Assembly: GCF_009914755.1 (NCBI RefSeq)
Contig: NC_060942.1
Source of the DNA: the human T2T-CHM13v2.0 reference genome, Homo sapiens
DNA: 64,000 nucleotides
Reading direction: 5' to 3' (one strand)
Every line of letters starts with the position of its first letter. The first letter of the stretch is position 1. The translations under genes were made by a program, and so were the position numbers. The notes below the pieces were generated by a model. The model ran no database searches, was not told the DNA's origin, and saw only the letters and a program-made list of their open reading frames with translations. Positions 61,921 through 64,000 of this stretch are shown here, piece by piece.

Positions 61921-62952
61921 AATAAAATTTCTTCCTTTAATGGATTGTTTAAATCTTGCTAAAATTCAGGCAGCTCCTAAACTTGAGACCTCGGTATAAG
62001 AGATTGCAAAGAGTAAAGGAAGAAGCCAGAGAGAAATATAAAGAGAGAGAGAGCAGGGGAAAGTGGTTAGTAGGCTTTCCCCTAGTAGCAGCAGTCCAGG
62101 AGAGGTCTCCCTTTCACACTCTGGTGGAAAGAAAGGCATTCCAAGGGGCCACCTCTACTTGGGCTCTAATTCCCTTGCTAGGCACAATGGAAGCTCCAGC
62201 TCCAGAAGGTATGGCCCAGTAAATTATCTTTGAACTTGATCATTTCATAGCAACTGTCCTCTTTTCTGAATACAGTAACAGGTATGGGGAAGGAGACCCT
62301 TGATCAGCGTTTCTCCAACTGAGATCCACAGATGGACTCAGTTTGCCAATTCCCTACCACAAAATTTTGGCATAAAATTTTCATTTCCATAATAATGTTT
62401 TTATTTTCTTTTAAGCCCCAACATAAGCATACAATGGACTGTCTGCATAACCATCTGGTATCTGAGTCATGTTTCCTTATTTCACTGCCCCAGCTTGATC
62501 TAGTTGGTAATAAGGAGTGCTACTTTGAATGACATTGACTAATGATAAAGGAACAGATGCCAACATAATACGCAAATAACGAGTTTGTGCATATGAAGAC
62601 TTCAGGGCACATTGAATGAAAGTTTTGTAATCATTCCATCAGAGAAAAGTGGTGGGAAAACTTAGTCACCTGAAGAACACAGTGGCATCTATAGGCCAAA
62701 ACCCAAACTATCTGACTAGTGTCAATTTGCATCATCACTTTGGGATCAATAATTTGGTTTCTAGGAAAATAATAATCTATAATAGCAATTTGACTTGACT
62801 ACTGTTTAATAATTTGACTTGTATTTAACTTATAAATTTATTCAATGTTTATAATTACGTAAGAGCCGTAAGGTTAAAATGAGTTAAATGAGGTTAAAAT
62901 GAGTTTTATGTTTTCACATATTTATGTAACATCAGAACAAGAATATAACACA

Positions 62953-63250
62953 GGTTGGGTGTGGTGGTTCATGCCTGTAATTACAGTACTTTGGGAGGCC
63001 GAGGCGGGAGGATTGCTTCAGTTCGGGAATTCAAGACTCAAGACCAGCATGGGCAAAATAGTGTGACATAGTCACTACTAAAAATAAAACAAAAAAATTA
63101 GCCAGGCATGGTGGTGCCTGCCTGTTATCCCAGCTACTCAGGAGGCTGAGGCTGGAGACTTGCTTGAGCCCAGGAGGTCAAGGCTGCAGTGACCTAAGAT
63201 GGTGCCACTGAACTCCAGCCTGAGCAACAGAGTGAGACCCTGTCTCAAAA
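62953..63250 (+). mobile_element. AluJ-like
   Basis: Full-length diverged Alu. Confidence 0.92.
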
Positions 63251-64000
63251 TAATAGTAATTCTTATTATTATTTAACTCAACACTGTGGAACAGAGTCCT
63301 CAGTAACTTTTTCCTTGAAAAAGAAATATATATCCTTTTTCAATTTTGAGAAACAGTTCTCTAATTTTCAGTCTCACCATCAAATTCTTTCTTCCTATGT
63401 GATGAGATTTCTGAGAAATTAATAAGTGTAAGTGTCTCTCATGACCCATCTTGAAATTCTTTCTCTCCTTGGCTTATGAGATATTATACCCTTCTGATTG
63501 TCCTTCTATTACTTTCCAGTTCTGTTTGGTATACCTTTTTTCTTGGATAGTTCCTCAAATGCTCTGTTCTCCCAGGTTCCATCTTTACATGCCTTTTCTG
63601 CTCGTTCTACCTGCTCCGCCTTGTCAATGTCACCTACTTACAAGCTTTAGCTACAGGAACTCACCCTTGCCCTCCAATGACAACATGGCTTGTGCGACAT
63701 TGGCAAGATCATCCTATATATGCTGTAGATAACCCTATAGCAGTTTTCCAGATGAAAGATCATACTCATTGGCTACTTCTGAGGTCTTGAGGAGGTCCTA
63801 AAACTAGTACCCCTGTCCCTCCTGAGTAGTGAAACTAATTAAGAAACAAGAAAAGGAATGAGAAAAATGACATCCAGAATAACTCCATCATGAGAAAGTA
63901 TCGCTTAGAGGATGTGTGAAAGCTGAATGGGCTTGTCACTGAATTCCAAAATTTAATGGCCAAACCTACCTTGCTGTAACGAGGCTGTCGACAGTCTCTC

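Noticed and set aside
62870-62905. aggttaaaatgagtt direct repeat
   Set aside because: Small local slippage duplication with no recognisable motif.

Overview
Human genomic DNA, very rich in Alu repeats, containing the 5' half of MBD2 (methyl-CpG-binding domain protein 2) on the minus strand. It includes the CpG-island promoter and exon 1 (CDS 53634-53093), exon 2 (34232-34073) and exon 3 (18086-17949). It also includes the alternative terminal exon of the short MBD2c/MBD2t isoform (32177-31971, inside an old L2 element) and the H/ACA snoRNA SNORA37 in intron 1 (51487-51359). Exon 4 onward lies beyond the left edge. About 10 kb of upstream flank holds Alus, an ERV1-type LTR, an L1 3' end and a MaLR LTR. 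Nearly all ORFs in the supplied track are Alu or GC-content artefacts. I see no new protein-coding system. The best leads are regulatory: (1) a 124-nt stop-containing cassette exon in intron 3 whose acceptor is immediately a 5' splice site (recursive-splice/poison-exon layout); (2) a uORF, weak-Kozak and strong-Kozak arrangement that could set the MBD2a/MBD2b ratio; (3) a tandem duplication giving two perfect octamer motifs near the MBD2c exon; (4) a GGGGCC-rich (GR)11 tract; (5) a DR5+DR1 nuclear-receptor element at the start of intron 1; (6) a young AluYa5. Repeat boundaries and subfamily names were read by eye and are approximate.
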